Shown: positions 39,954-49,687 of the stretch, piece by piece
How the letters are laid out: every line of letters begins with the position of its first letter
Position numbering within the stretch: position 1 is the stretch's first letter
From: an uncultured Gammaproteobacteria bacterium
Lineage (GTDB): Bacteria; Patescibacteriota; Microgenomatia; UBA10105; UBA927
DNA length: 64,000 nt
Direction: 5' to 3'
Assembly (NCBI GenBank): GCA_964515005.1
Contig: CAZEVT010000003.1
Location: 12,815 to 76,814, forward strand
The notes under the pieces: generated by a model
What the model was told of the DNA's origin: nothing
The model's input: the letters and a program-made list of their open reading frames with translations, nothing else
Databases searched by the model: none
Translations under genes and position numbers: made by a program

Positions 39954-40895
39954 ATGGACACCAAAACCGCAGTTGTGACCGGTGGAGCAGGATTTATAGG
40001 ATCACACCTTGTTGATGCTCTTCTTTTGGCAGGTCACAAGGTTATTTGTGTCGATAATCTACTGACCGGGTCAGAAGCCAATCTCCAGAAAGCGAAAAAA
40101 AATCCCAATTTTTCATTCATAAACCACGATATTATTGAGTCTCCTCCTGACGTTCCAGACGGCGTTGACTTTGTATTTCATCTGGCGTCTCCGGCCTCGC
40201 CCGTGGATTTTAAGAAACTTGCCGAAGAAATAGCACTCGTGAACTCCGTGGGATCCATCAATATGCTGAAGTTTGCCAAAGAGAAAGGCGCACGATACTT
40301 AGAAGCCTCGACGTCAGAGGTGTACGGAGACCCTAAGGAGCACCCGCAGAAGGAAACCTATTGGGGTAATGTCAACCCCAACGGTATCAGGTCCTGCTAT
40401 GATGAGTCAAAACGTTTTGCCGAGGCCATGACCATGCTATACCTCCGAAAATATGGGTTGGATGCCCGAATTGTACGGATTTTCAACACCTACGGACCGA
40501 GAATGAGGAAGGATGACGGTCGGGTGGTATCCAATTTCATCAATCAGGCCATTTCAGGAACTCCGCTGACGATCTATGGCGACGGGACGCAAACGCGTTC
40601 TTTTTGTTTTGTTTCGGATCTTGTTGACGGGCTCATGAAGGCGATGATGAGCGATCACACCAAAGGCGTCGTATTTAACTTGGGCAACCCAGAGGAGTAT
40701 CAGGTAAAAGAACTGGCAGAAAAGATAAAGACACTTACTGCTTCTTCTTCGCCCATTGAACACGGAGAACTTCCGGAAGATGACCCCACGCAGAGGAAGC
40801 CCGATATAACGAAAGCAAAAACGATACTCGGTTGGGAGCCAAAAGTTACGGTCGACCAGGGACTCAAGATGACGATTGAGTATTACAAAAAATGA
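39954..40895 (+). CDS. uxs: UDP-glucuronate decarboxylase (UDP-xylose synthase-type SDR)
   Basis: VTGGAGFIGSHL, YDESKR, and the RVVSNFI.QA..G.PLTIYGDGTQTRSF block typical of UXS/ArnA-decarboxylase enzymes. Confidence 0.9.
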   Translation: MDTKTAVVTGGAGFIGSHLVDALLLAGHKVICVDNLLTGSEANLQKAKKNPNFSFINHDIIESPPDVPDGVDFVFHLASPASPVDFKKLAEEIALVNSVGSINMLKFAKEKGARYLEASTSEVYGDPKEHPQKETYWGNVNPNGIRSCYDESKRFAEAMTMLYLRKYGLDARIVRIFNTYGPRMRKDDGRVVSNFINQAISGTPLTIYGDGTQTRSFCFVSDLVDGLMKAMMSDHTKGVVFNLGNPEEYQVKELAEKIKTLTASSSPIEHGELPEDDPTQRKPDITKAKTILGWEPKVTVDQGLKMTIEYYKK

Positions 40896-41089
40896 AGCCC
40901 CAGGACATAGGATTTTTCGTGGTATTTGTCGTACTGCTAATTGCGAAACGGCCAAAATTTCTACTAATCGCGGGACTCATTAGCTTTATACTTGCCATTC
41001 CTCTTTTTGCCACGTGGACGTTTTTTACCGCCGAGCGCCTTACTTGGTATGGTGCGGCATTCATCTTTGCTTCACTTCTGCTAAAATAA
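40892..41089 (+). CDS. Small membrane protein (2 TM)
   Basis: 65 aa, hydrophobic, lying between uxs and galE with an ATGA overlap. Confidence 0.3.
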   Translation: MKPQDIGFFVVFVVLLIAKRPKFLLIAGLISFILAIPLFATWTFFTAERLTWYGAAFIFASLLLK

Positions 41090-41093
41090 GCTC

Positions 41094-42071
41094 ATGAACG
41101 TTCTGGTGACCGGCGGGGCCGGGTATATCGGCAGCCATATGGTTCGGATGCTTAGCGCCCGCGGATTTAAGCCGATAGTTTTTGACAGCCTTGAATATGG
41201 CCACAAGGCGGCAATTCCAAAGGAGACTCCGCTTGTCGTTGGCAATGTGAAGGATAAAGCGGCTCTTGAGACTGTTTTTTCAAAAAAAAAGATCGACGCG
41301 GTCATCCATTTTGCCGGGTATCTGATGGTCGAGGAGTCAGTGCGGGACCCCATCAAATACATGAAAAACAACGTCATCTACCCGGTGACGCTTCTTAATG
41401 TCATGCGTGACCACAATGTAGACAAGATTATTTTTTCCTCGAGCGCCGCTGTGTACGGCAATCCCGAAAAAGTACCCATACCAGAAGACCACCCCAAAAA
41501 TCCTTCTAGCCCGTATGGACTCTCTAAATGGTGTTTTGAAGAGCTCCTGGGCGCGCTGAAGTTTAGGGCAATTTCTTTAAGATATTTTAATGCTTGTGGC
41601 GCGAGTCTCGATGGCGCTCATGGAGAAGACCACAGCCCGGAAACCCATATTATTCCGGTTGCAATAAGTACGGCCTTGGGCAAACAAAAAGAGTTTGCCC
41701 TGTATGGCACCGATTATCCGACCCGCGACGGGTCGTGCCTACGGGACTATATTCACATCGAGGATCTGTGCGAGGCCCATATTTTGGCGCTTGAGGCGCT
41801 TGTAAAGGGTCATGGGACGGATGTGTATAATGTGGCAACCGGGGACGGAACCACCAATAAAGAGGTTGTTGCGGCAGTTAAGAAGGCCACTGGTGTTGAT
41901 TTTCCGGTAAAAGAAGCCGCTCGTCGTCCAGGCGACCCTCATAGTTTAGTCGCAGACCCCACGAAATTCAAAAAAGAATTCGGCTGGCAGCCGAAATACT
42001 CGGATATCAATGCAATAGTCGAAACCGCCTGGCAGTGGCATAGTAAACATCCAAAAGGGTATGCCGGGTAG
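41094..42071 (+). CDS. galE: UDP-glucose 4-epimerase
   Basis: VLVTGGAGYIGSH, SSSAAVYG, the YGLSK catalytic motif, and RYFNACGA. Confidence 0.9.
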   Translation: MNVLVTGGAGYIGSHMVRMLSARGFKPIVFDSLEYGHKAAIPKETPLVVGNVKDKAALETVFSKKKIDAVIHFAGYLMVEESVRDPIKYMKNNVIYPVTLLNVMRDHNVDKIIFSSSAAVYGNPEKVPIPEDHPKNPSSPYGLSKWCFEELLGALKFRAISLRYFNACGASLDGAHGEDHSPETHIIPVAISTALGKQKEFALYGTDYPTRDGSCLRDYIHIEDLCEAHILALEALVKGHGTDVYNVATGDGTTNKEVVAAVKKATGVDFPVKEAARRPGDPHSLVADPTKFKKEFGWQPKYSDINAIVETAWQWHSKHPKGYAG

Positions 42072-42207
42072 TAGAATTTCGACACGCTTAATACTTTGCC
42101 CGTATAAGCGAAAGACTACTTGGATCATTTACAGGCAACTTTTATAATGAAAGGACCGTGAGGTTTCGTTAAGCGTAAAAGGCAAAGGTCGAAATTTCAC
42201 AACCCGG
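42064..42207. repeat. 20-bp imperfect terminal inverted repeat bracketing a ~100-bp spacer (MITE-like or structured element)
   Basis: CCGGGTAGTAGAATTTCGAC (42064-42083) is matched by the reverse complement of GTCGAAATTTCACAACCCGG (42188-42207), 17 of 20 positions. Confidence 0.5.
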
Positions 42208-42208
42208 T

Positions 42209-42742
42209 ATGAAGATAGGGATTGATATTAGTCAGATAGTACACGAGGGAACTGGCGTGGCAACCTATGTGCGGCGCATGGTGGAAACGCTACTGAAAAC
42301 TGATAAAAAGAATGAGTACGTTTTGTTTGGTGCATCTCTGCGGTTGCGAGGTGAATTTCAGTCATTTTACAATACATTGCCCCACGAACGGGTTCGGCTA
42401 GTTACGGTTCCCATTCCGCCGACACTGCTTGACATTCTATGGAACCGACTCCATGTTATGCCGGTTGAGAAATTTATCGGTCCCGTGGATGTATTTTGGA
42501 GCAGCGACTGGACCCAACCGCCAATGAGTGCAAAGGGGGTAACGACGATTCACGATCTTACAACCATGAAGTTTCCGAGTGAAATGGACGGACGTATCGT
42601 GCAAACACACGCACGAAGGCTTGCGTGGGTGAAAAAAGAATGTCAGGCAATTTTTTGCGACAGTGAATCTACAAAAAAAGACGTGATGAAACTTCTGGGT
42701 TTTCCGGGAGACAAATTACATGTCATATATCCAGGCATATGA
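42209..42742 (+). CDS. GT4 N-terminal-domain-only protein (half glycosyltransferase; possible remnant)
   Basis: 177 aa with MKIGIDIS...TIHDLT...VIYPGI, then a stop exactly at the GT-B inter-domain boundary. Homologous to the N-half at 51730. Confidence 0.55.
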   Translation: MKIGIDISQIVHEGTGVATYVRRMVETLLKTDKKNEYVLFGASLRLRGEFQSFYNTLPHERVRLVTVPIPPTLLDILWNRLHVMPVEKFIGPVDVFWSSDWTQPPMSAKGVTTIHDLTTMKFPSEMDGRIVQTHARRLAWVKKECQAIFCDSESTKKDVMKLLGFPGDKLHVIYPGI

Positions 42743-43845
42743 ATATTGGAATAGATGGCTATGAAGCAAATATTGAAAATCGAGTCGGAATTGGACGTTA
42801 TGCCTTTGAAATTCTTACGCATCTTTATCCGATAGCCGGGCACCATACGGTAACGGTATTTTTACCATCAAAACCTCTCCCACATATGCCGAAAGAAACA
42901 TCACGCTGGCGCTACCGGGTTGCCGGACCGGCAAACTTATGGACATTTATCGGGTTGCCCTGGGCCATGAAAGCGGTGCATCTGGATGTTATGTATTCGC
43001 CGACGCATTATATTCCTAGGTTTACGTCCGCGCCTCGGGTTATGGCGATTATGGATATTTCCTATCTCAAATATCCCGAGCTTTTTGAGGTCAAAGACCT
43101 CTATCAGCTGCAGCACTGGACGGCATATTCGGTGGCCCACGCCCGGTCGATTTTTACGATCAGCCAGGCCTCCAAAAATGATATAATAGATGCATACAAC
43201 GTACCGGCCTCCAAGGTCGTCGTGACGTATCCCGGTTTTACTATGACTACTGCGTCAAATGTCCCAAGTAAATATAAGATATCAAAAAACTATATTCTGT
43301 CGGTCGGAACAATCCAGCCTCGAAAAAACTTCACGAAGCTCATTGAAGCGTTTGCACTGTTCGTTAAGGAAAACAAGCAAAAGTTTGCAGATTTGGAGCT
43401 TGTGATCATCGGGAAAAAGGGATGGCTTTACGGAGAGATTCTTGAAGCTCCGAAAAAATACGGAGTCGCGGAGCGTGTAAAATTCTTGGATTTTGTGCCG
43501 GAATCTGACTTGCCGAGTTTTTACGCGCATGCCTTATGCTTTGCGCTTCCGAGCTTATACGAGGGATTCGGATTGACCGTTTTGGAGGCGATGGCATACA
43601 GGTGCCCGGTCGTCGTTTCCCGCGTATCCAGTTTACCGGAAATTGCGGGAAAGGCAGGGGTCTATGTAGACCCCGAGAGCGCCCAAAGCATTGCCGAGGG
43701 GCTTTTGACTGCCGTGCGGCAAAGAAATCTAGTGCAGGGAACAAGCAGGGTTCGCGTGGGGCGCGAGCAAGTCAGTAAGTTTACATGGGAAAAGGCAGCT
43801 AGGCAAACACTGGCGGTTCTTGAAGATGTAGGAGGGAAATCATGA
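42739..43845 (+). CDS. GT4 family glycosyltransferase
   Basis: Full length, with [18 protein letters not shown]. Confidence 0.85.
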   Translation: MNIGIDGYEANIENRVGIGRYAFEILTHLYPIAGHHTVTVFLPSKPLPHMPKETSRWRYRVAGPANLWTFIGLPWAMKAVHLDVMYSPTHYIPRFTSAPRVMAIMDISYLKYPELFEVKDLYQLQHWTAYSVAHARSIFTISQASKNDIIDAYNVPASKVVVTYPGFTMTTASNVPSKYKISKNYILSVGTIQPRKNFTKLIEAFALFVKENKQKFADLELVIIGKKGWLYGEILEAPKKYGVAERVKFLDFVPESDLPSFYAHALCFALPSLYEGFGLTVLEAMAYRCPVVVSRVSSLPEIAGKAGVYVDPESAQSIAEGLLTAVRQRNLVQGTSRVRVGREQVSKFTWEKAARQTLAVLEDVGGKS

Positions 43846-44405
43846 GACTATTTATCGATTTTTGGGTATTTCTTTGTACACTCACGGGGTATATCCCTAG
43901 CCACATCATTCGACTGTTTTTGTATCGGACACTGTTTGGTGTACGAATAGGCAAAGATTCTTCCATACACTGGCGGGCCGAGTTTAATCAACCTATGGGT
44001 GTTAGTATCGGACATAATACCGTCATTGGAAACGATGCATTTTTGGACGGGCGGATGAAGCAGTTTTTGTCATATCGCAAAACCCATGGGTCGCCGCTGA
44101 CAATCGGCAACAACGTTTCGATTGCGGGAGAGGTGCGCATCTACACCATGGAACATGATATCGACTCTCCTGACTTTACCGAAGTGGGCACACCGGTCGT
44201 TATCGACGACTACGCGGTTATAGGAACGCGCGTCACGATCCTTCCCGGGGTACACATCGGAAAGGGTGCAGTTGTGGCATCGGGCGCCGTAGTGACGAAG
44301 GATGTCGGTGAGTATGAAGTCGTAGGAGGGGTGCCTGCCAAACTCATCAAAGAAAGGTCCAAAGATCTCCGCTACACACTGAAATTTGCGAGGCTCTTTC
44401 AGTAA
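43842..44405 (+). CDS. Hexapeptide-repeat (left-handed beta-helix) sugar O-acetyltransferase
   Basis: Tandem [LIV]-G-x-x-x-x hexapeptides ([38 protein letters not shown]), 187 aa. Confidence 0.8.
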   Translation: MRLFIDFWVFLCTLTGYIPSHIIRLFLYRTLFGVRIGKDSSIHWRAEFNQPMGVSIGHNTVIGNDAFLDGRMKQFLSYRKTHGSPLTIGNNVSIAGEVRIYTMEHDIDSPDFTEVGTPVVIDDYAVIGTRVTILPGVHIGKGAVVASGAVVTKDVGEYEVVGGVPAKLIKERSKDLRYTLKFARLFQ

Positions 44406-44407
44406 GT

Positions 44408-45277
44408 ATGGATCTATCCATCATCATCCCCAGTTTTAACACAAAACACCTCACCACGCGCTGCCTGCGGTCTATTGTCGAGACCCTCAAGCGGTCTACG
44501 CTCACATACGAGATTATTGTCATAGATAACGCGTCAACAGACGGTACCGTTTCGGTTTTGAACAATGATTTTCCTCAAGTAATAAAAATACTCAATAAGA
44601 CTAATGTAGGCTATGGTACAGCCAACAACCAAGGATTAGCCGCGGCAAAGGGCACGTATGCCCTGATGCTCAATTCCGACATTGATGCGTTAAACGGCTC
44701 ATTAGAAAACCTTATGGACTTTGCCAAAACCCATCCTAAATCGTTTGTCGGCGGCAAGCTATACAACGAAGACGGATCGCTGCAGCCTTCATGCGGTCCG
44801 ATGTTTACTCCGTGGTACGTCTTTCTTATGCTTTTTTTCCAGGCTGATGAGCTTCGCGTGACCCGGTATTCGCCCGACGAAGTGAAGAGGGTTGAATGGG
44901 TATCTGGTGCGTGCCTGTTGGGCACCAAAAAGGCGTTTTATGACGTCGGGCTATTTGATCAGAGTATTTTTATGTATATGGACGAGATTGAGCTTTTGTA
45001 CCGTGCTGGCAAAAAGGGTTACAAGGTCTGGTTTATCCCGGACGCCCGCTTTATCCATACGGGTGCGGCTTCAAGCGGCAACAAGCGCTCGCCGGTCAAA
45101 AACATTTTTCGGGGGCTCATGTTTTTCTACCGCAAGCACTATTCGCCGTTTGCCGTCATGATGTTGAAGGGCATGCTGACTCTCAAGGCGTATATCGCCA
45201 TTACAATCGGGAAATTGTTGAAAAAACAGGATTTGGTTCAAATTTATGAAGAAGGCCTTCAACTGGTTAACGAGTAA
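44408..45277 (+). CDS. GT2 family glycosyltransferase
   Basis: LSIIIPSFNT...IIVIDNASTDGT...LNSDID. Confidence 0.85.
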   Translation: MDLSIIIPSFNTKHLTTRCLRSIVETLKRSTLTYEIIVIDNASTDGTVSVLNNDFPQVIKILNKTNVGYGTANNQGLAAAKGTYALMLNSDIDALNGSLENLMDFAKTHPKSFVGGKLYNEDGSLQPSCGPMFTPWYVFLMLFFQADELRVTRYSPDEVKRVEWVSGACLLGTKKAFYDVGLFDQSIFMYMDEIELLYRAGKKGYKVWFIPDARFIHTGAASSGNKRSPVKNIFRGLMFFYRKHYSPFAVMMLKGMLTLKAYIAITIGKLLKKQDLVQIYEEGLQLVNE

Positions 45278-48242
45278 TATAGGACTGCTTGCCATCCTAT
45301 TTTTCACGGCGTTTATTCCGCTGTATCCCAAGCTGCCGCTGATCAATGTGATCCGGACCTGGGTGTATGTGCGGCTTGAGGATTTTCTGGTCGCCGCGGC
45401 AATCGGCATCTATATCCTCATTCGCTTCCGGCGCAGGAGTATCCCCAAAACGCCGCTCACGTGGCCCATTCTTTTCTACTGGAGCATAGGAACGGTTTCT
45501 GCGGTATTTTCACTCCTTTTTATAGGGCCGCACCTGGAGGGGTACTTTCCGCATCTGGTTGCGCTGCACTTTATCCGGCGCGTTGAGTACATGATGCTCT
45601 TTTTCATGGCCTACGACGTCATTGTTCATGAAAAATCCCGTGTTAATGCTTTAGTGTGGACGCTTGCCGCAACGATGCTGGGCATCATCATTTACGGGGC
45701 CGCGCAGAAGTTTTTGGGATGGCCGGCGTATCTGACCATGAATGAGGAATTTGCCAAAGGGATTCCTCTGCGGCTTCCGCCGACAGCCCGCATTCCTTCG
45801 ACTTTCGGGGGGCATTATGATCTTGCGGCCTACATTGTACTTACTATCCCTATTTTGGCGACGCTTGTATTTGCAGTACAAAAGTTTTGGCAGAAAATTG
45901 TTTTTTTCGCGCTGTCGGTGGGGGCGCTTGTACTTCTTCTTTTTACTGCGTCCCGTACCTCGTTTCTTGTCTATTTGATTGCCGTATCCGCCACGCTTTG
46001 GTGGTACAAAAAGAAATGGTTTATTGTCCCGGTCATCCTTTTTAGTTTTTGGCTTCTCAATTACGTCGGAGTGGCGACTGACCGGTTCTACAAGACGTTT
46101 CGTTTTTCTGACATCATCGTAGATCTATCCACAGGAAGACCAGTGGGGACGCTCGATAAGCTTGAGGGGACAAGCGCAGTTATCAAGGAATCCGAATCTC
46201 CGGCAGAAGAAAGTTTACCCACGGGTAGTCAGTACATCGGGCTTCCCTCCGGCCAGTTGGCGCAGGAACAGGCCAAAACGATAGAAATATACAAAAGCCT
46301 AGATTTGGCCACTGCGTCGGGAGAAATCGCCACTATCTCTGGCAGTTTCCTCATCCAGAAAGCGCTCGTCTATGACATATCCATAACGACCAGATTTCAG
46401 GGGCAGTGGCCCAAAGCTCTCGCGGCTTTCAAAAGAAACATTTTTTTGGGAAGCGGGTATTCGACGCTTTCACTTGCCGCAGACGGAGACTACATGCGGA
46501 TGCTTGGAGAAACCGGTCTTTTGGGAACCATAGCATTTTTGGGAATTATTGTCGCGGCGTTTGTCTTTTTCTTCCGAAGGAAAGAGACACTTAGCGGTAT
46601 TCCCAAAGCGTATGTTGTTGGGGTATTCGGCGGACTCACCGGGCTACTACTCAACGGCATCCTCATAGACGTCTTTGAGGCGTCCAAAGTCGCATTTTCA
46701 CTATGGCTTCTTTTAGGAGTCGCGATGGCTCTTTTGGCGGTAAAAGAACTGTCACCGAGGAGTTATTTCAAGCTCATGTGGAAAGCGCTGACTTCAAACG
46801 CCGCTTTGCTTTTTTACCTTTTTACGGCAGGCGCGGTACTATTCGGAAGCGCCGTGTCGCATTATTTTTTGGGTGATGACTTCACGTGGCTCAAATGGGC
46901 GACGCAAACCTCATTTGCCGATATATCCCAACTGTTTACCGATTCTGAAGGATTTTTCTACCGTCCTATCCCCAAGCTTTGGTACATGATTCTCTATGCG
47001 TTGTTTTGGCTCAAACCCGAAGGGTACCATGTCATGTCGATCATTCTTTTAGGTGCAAGTTCGTACCTTTTGTTTCTCATCATGCGCCTCACCGGCGTTA
47101 AGCGCACGTTCGCGTTTCTTGCCAGCTTACTCTTTGCCGTGCTTTCGATTCATCATGAAAATGTGTTTTGGATATCCGGGCACAGCAGTTTGCTCTCCGG
47201 AGTATTTTTGTTTGGGAGCATATACGCATACCTTAGGCAGGCGGGTGGCCGCGGAATTTGGAGGGCGGGGCTATGGGTGTTTTCGATGATCCTGGTGATG
47301 CTCTCCATGCTTTCCTATGACGGCATGCTGGTGGCGCCCATAATTCTATCTCTTGTCGGGTGGTTTGTGGTGAAGAAAAAACACGTTACCACATTCATTC
47401 CACTTCTTGCGATTCCTCTGTACTGGTGGGTGCGTACCGCAAGTGGAGCGGTACCGCCTTCCGGGGATTATGGATATAGGCTCAGCGCATTACCCTTTAA
47501 TATTCTGGGCAACAGTGTCGGATATATTGTTTCCGCGTTTTTGGGTCCCCGTATCATGGAAGTTATGAGTGGAGTTCGCACCTATCTGCGGGAAAATCAA
47601 ATGATTGCAGCGGGAGGGGGGGCACTCACTATCGCGGCATTTTCGTTTGTCGCATGGAAGGTAAGGCGCGAAATCGGCACGTATAAAAACGCACTTATAT
47701 GGTTGATTGCGGGGTTTGTTGCCTTGGCTGCCTACGTCGGATTGGGCGGGATGAGCGAACGCTACACATTTGCCGCAAGCGGCTTTTTCGTGATATCTGC
47801 AGGAGCATATGTGTCCACATTGTGGGAGAAAGGCACACGAACGATTTGGAAAATAATTGTGGCCTTTTCGTTTGTCGCACTTATTGTTTGGAACATCGCA
47901 GAAGTGACACGTGTAAGCCGCGATTGGAAAAAAGCTGGTGAGACTTCGCAGCGCTCACTCGTGACGTTGAGCAAAATGTTTTTCCCTCTTAAAGAACAAA
48001 AAAGCTTTGTATTTATCAATATGCCGATTCGCTATGGCCGCGCCTGGATATTTCCGACGGGACTTGCGGATCCGTTGTGGCACGTTTTTCGTTTAAGTGA
48101 TTGGCGCTATACCGTAACGAATGTTTCTACCCCGCAGGAAGCCTATGCGTTGCCCATCACCCAGGGGTATACACCGGAAGTCTTTATTTTCGACAATTTT
48201 ACCCTAAAGCGACTCGTGAAAGAGATTCAGGTAGTTCAATAG
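45246..48242 (+). CDS. Fusion membrane protein: O-antigen ligase/polymerase-like (Wzy_C) domain + second GT-C-like polytopic domain
   Basis: 998 aa. The N-half carries FTASRTSF and STFGGHYDLAAY loop motifs typical of the WaaL/Wzy_C family. The C-half (about aa 500 onward) is a further TM bundle of roughly 12 helices with an SIHHENVFWISGH loop. Confidence 0.5.
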   Translation: MKKAFNWLTSNIGLLAILFFTAFIPLYPKLPLINVIRTWVYVRLEDFLVAAAIGIYILIRFRRRSIPKTPLTWPILFYWSIGTVSAVFSLLFIGPHLEGYFPHLVALHFIRRVEYMMLFFMAYDVIVHEKSRVNALVWTLAATMLGIIIYGAAQKFLGWPAYLTMNEEFAKGIPLRLPPTARIPSTFGGHYDLAAYIVLTIPILATLVFAVQKFWQKIVFFALSVGALVLLLFTASRTSFLVYLIAVSATLWWYKKKWFIVPVILFSFWLLNYVGVATDRFYKTFRFSDIIVDLSTGRPVGTLDKLEGTSAVIKESESPAEESLPTGSQYIGLPSGQLAQEQAKTIEIYKSLDLATASGEIATISGSFLIQKALVYDISITTRFQGQWPKALAAFKRNIFLGSGYSTLSLAADGDYMRMLGETGLLGTIAFLGIIVAAFVFFFRRKETLSGIPKAYVVGVFGGLTGLLLNGILIDVFEASKVAFSLWLLLGVAMALLAVKELSPRSYFKLMWKALTSNAALLFYLFTAGAVLFGSAVSHYFLGDDFTWLKWATQTSFADISQLFTDSEGFFYRPIPKLWYMILYALFWLKPEGYHVMSIILLGASSYLLFLIMRLTGVKRTFAFLASLLFAVLSIHHENVFWISGHSSLLSGVFLFGSIYAYLRQAGGRGIWRAGLWVFSMILVMLSMLSYDGMLVAPIILSLVGWFVVKKKHVTTFIPLLAIPLYWWVRTASGAVPPSGDYGYRLSALPFNILGNSVGYIVSAFLGPRIMEVMSGVRTYLRENQMIAAGGGALTIAAFSFVAWKVRREIGTYKNALIWLIAGFVALAAYVGLGGMSERYTFAASGFFVISAGAYVSTLWEKGTRTIWKIIVAFSFVALIVWNIAEVTRVSRDWKKAGETSQRSLVTLSKMFFPLKEQKSFVFINMPIRYGRAWIFPTGLADPLWHVFRLSDWRYTVTNVSTPQEAYALPITQGYTPEVFIFDNFTLKRLVKEIQVVQ

Positions 48243-48244
48243 CT

Positions 48245-49687
48245 ATGGGAAATCAAAAAAACAGGTTTTTCGGTGTTTGGCTTACGGCAATAGCAATCGT
48301 TGCTTTTGCTCTGCGCCTCTACCATATCAACGGCCCGGTTGCCGACTGGCACAGCTGGCGTCAGTCGGATACGGCCGCAGTTGCGCGTAATTTTCTGCGG
48401 TTTGGGATTGATCCGTTGCATCCGAGGTATGACGACCTGTCCAATATTCAGTCCGGGAAAGACAATCCCATGGGATGGCGGATGGTGGAGTTTCCCATCT
48501 ATCAGACGATAGGTGCGTTTCTTGCCCAATCATTTCCGGGACTCACCATTGAAGTTTGGTTGCGTCTGGTAACTATAGTGGCATCGGTCGGAACGACAGT
48601 ACTGGTTGGCCTTTTGGCCGCAGAATTTATTTCTCCCTTAACCGGAATTATTGCCGCGGGCATCTATGCAGTTCTTCCTTACAGCGTCTATTACGGCCGC
48701 GCGATTCTTCCGGATTCCTTTATGGTATTTTGGGGGGTATTCAGTCTGTGGCTTCTCACACGCGGGAAAGGCTATCCGTGGATTATCGCCAGCGCCGCGG
48801 CCGGGGGAGTTGCGCTTTTATCCAAACCCATGGCCGCGTTTCTTCTTATCCCTGTTCCATATATTGTATTTCGGCAGTTCGGGTTTTCCCGGCAGCTTTT
48901 TGCTCGACTCTTTATATATGCTCTGATAAGTCTCGTTCCACTTATACTTTGGCGCAGGTGGATATTGCAGTTTCCTGAAGGCATTGCCGTCAGCTCGTGG
49001 CTCTTAAACGGAAATGGCATTCGGTTCAAAGGGGCCTGGTTTCGGTGGCTATTTGCCGAGCGCATCGGCAATCTTATTCTGGGGTATTGGGGCCTCATTC
49101 CCTTCGGGCTAGGGCTTGCGGCGTCGGTTACCAAAAAAGAAGGCTGGTTTTTCCGTTTTTGGGCAATCGGGGTTTTGACCTACTTTATTGTCTTTGCCTC
49201 GGGTAACGTGCAGCACGATTATTATCAAATCCTCATCATTCCCGCCCTTGCCATATTTACGGCCAAGGGAATCGTTTCACTTCTCCAATATAAGCGGTCG
49301 GGAATGGTCGTTGCCGCATTGAGTCTTCTTGCGATGCTGGGGTTTTCCTGGTACACCATCCGCACGTACTATTGGATAAACCGCCCGGAAATCGTCGAAG
49401 CGGGGAAGGCCACGGACGCGATGATACCTCGGGACGCCAAAGTGATCGCCTCCTATAACGGGGATACGACATTCTTGTATCAGACCGGCAGGCAAGGTTG
49501 GCCTTTGGGATTTGAAATTGACAAGAAAATCGCGATGGGGGCAACGCACTATGTGACAGTTTCGCCAAGTGACAGTGACGGCGAGACCAAAGACTTGGCA
49601 AATCGGTATACCGTGCTTGTTCGGAACGAAAAATTTGCGATTATTGACCTGACGAGGCCCCGCCTACCGGCGGGCAAGCCAAAATGA
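48245..49687 (+). CDS. GT39/83-family (ArnT/PMT_2-like) membrane glycosyltransferase
   Basis: WHSWRQSDTAAVARNF motif near the first loop and about 11 TM helices. The likely start is ATG 48245, 3 nt after the upstream stop. Confidence 0.7.
   Translation: MGNQKNRFFGVWLTAIAIVAFALRLYHINGPVADWHSWRQSDTAAVARNFLRFGIDPLHPRYDDLSNIQSGKDNPMGWRMVEFPIYQTIGAFLAQSFPGLTIEVWLRLVTIVASVGTTVLVGLLAAEFISPLTGIIAAGIYAVLPYSVYYGRAILPDSFMVFWGVFSLWLLTRGKGYPWIIASAAAGGVALLSKPMAAFLLIPVPYIVFRQFGFSRQLFARLFIYALISLVPLILWRRWILQFPEGIAVSSWLLNGNGIRFKGAWFRWLFAERIGNLILGYWGLIPFGLGLAASVTKKEGWFFRFWAIGVLTYFIVFASGNVQHDYYQILIIPALAIFTAKGIVSLLQYKRSGMVVAALSLLAMLGFSWYTIRTYYWINRPEIVEAGKATDAMIPRDAKVIASYNGDTTFLYQTGRQGWPLGFEIDKKIAMGATHYVTVSPSDSDGETKDLANRYTVLVRNEKFAIIDLTRPRLPAGKPK

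Noticed and set aside
42072-42208. Possible tRNA or other small RNA gene in the 137-bp galE-downstream spacer
   Set aside because: No cloverleaf-compatible segments (no GTTC/TPsiC-like arm and no acceptor pairing). The structure is better explained by the 20-bp terminal inverted repeats. Other intergenic gaps (60496-60699, 61093-61235) are likewise not tRNA-like.
48101-48244. Upstream extension of the ArnT-like ORF (track start 48101)
   Set aside because: It would overlap the preceding 998-aa gene by 140 bp in another frame. ATG 48245, right after the upstream stop, gives a protein with a normal N-terminus (MGNQKNRFFGVWL…).
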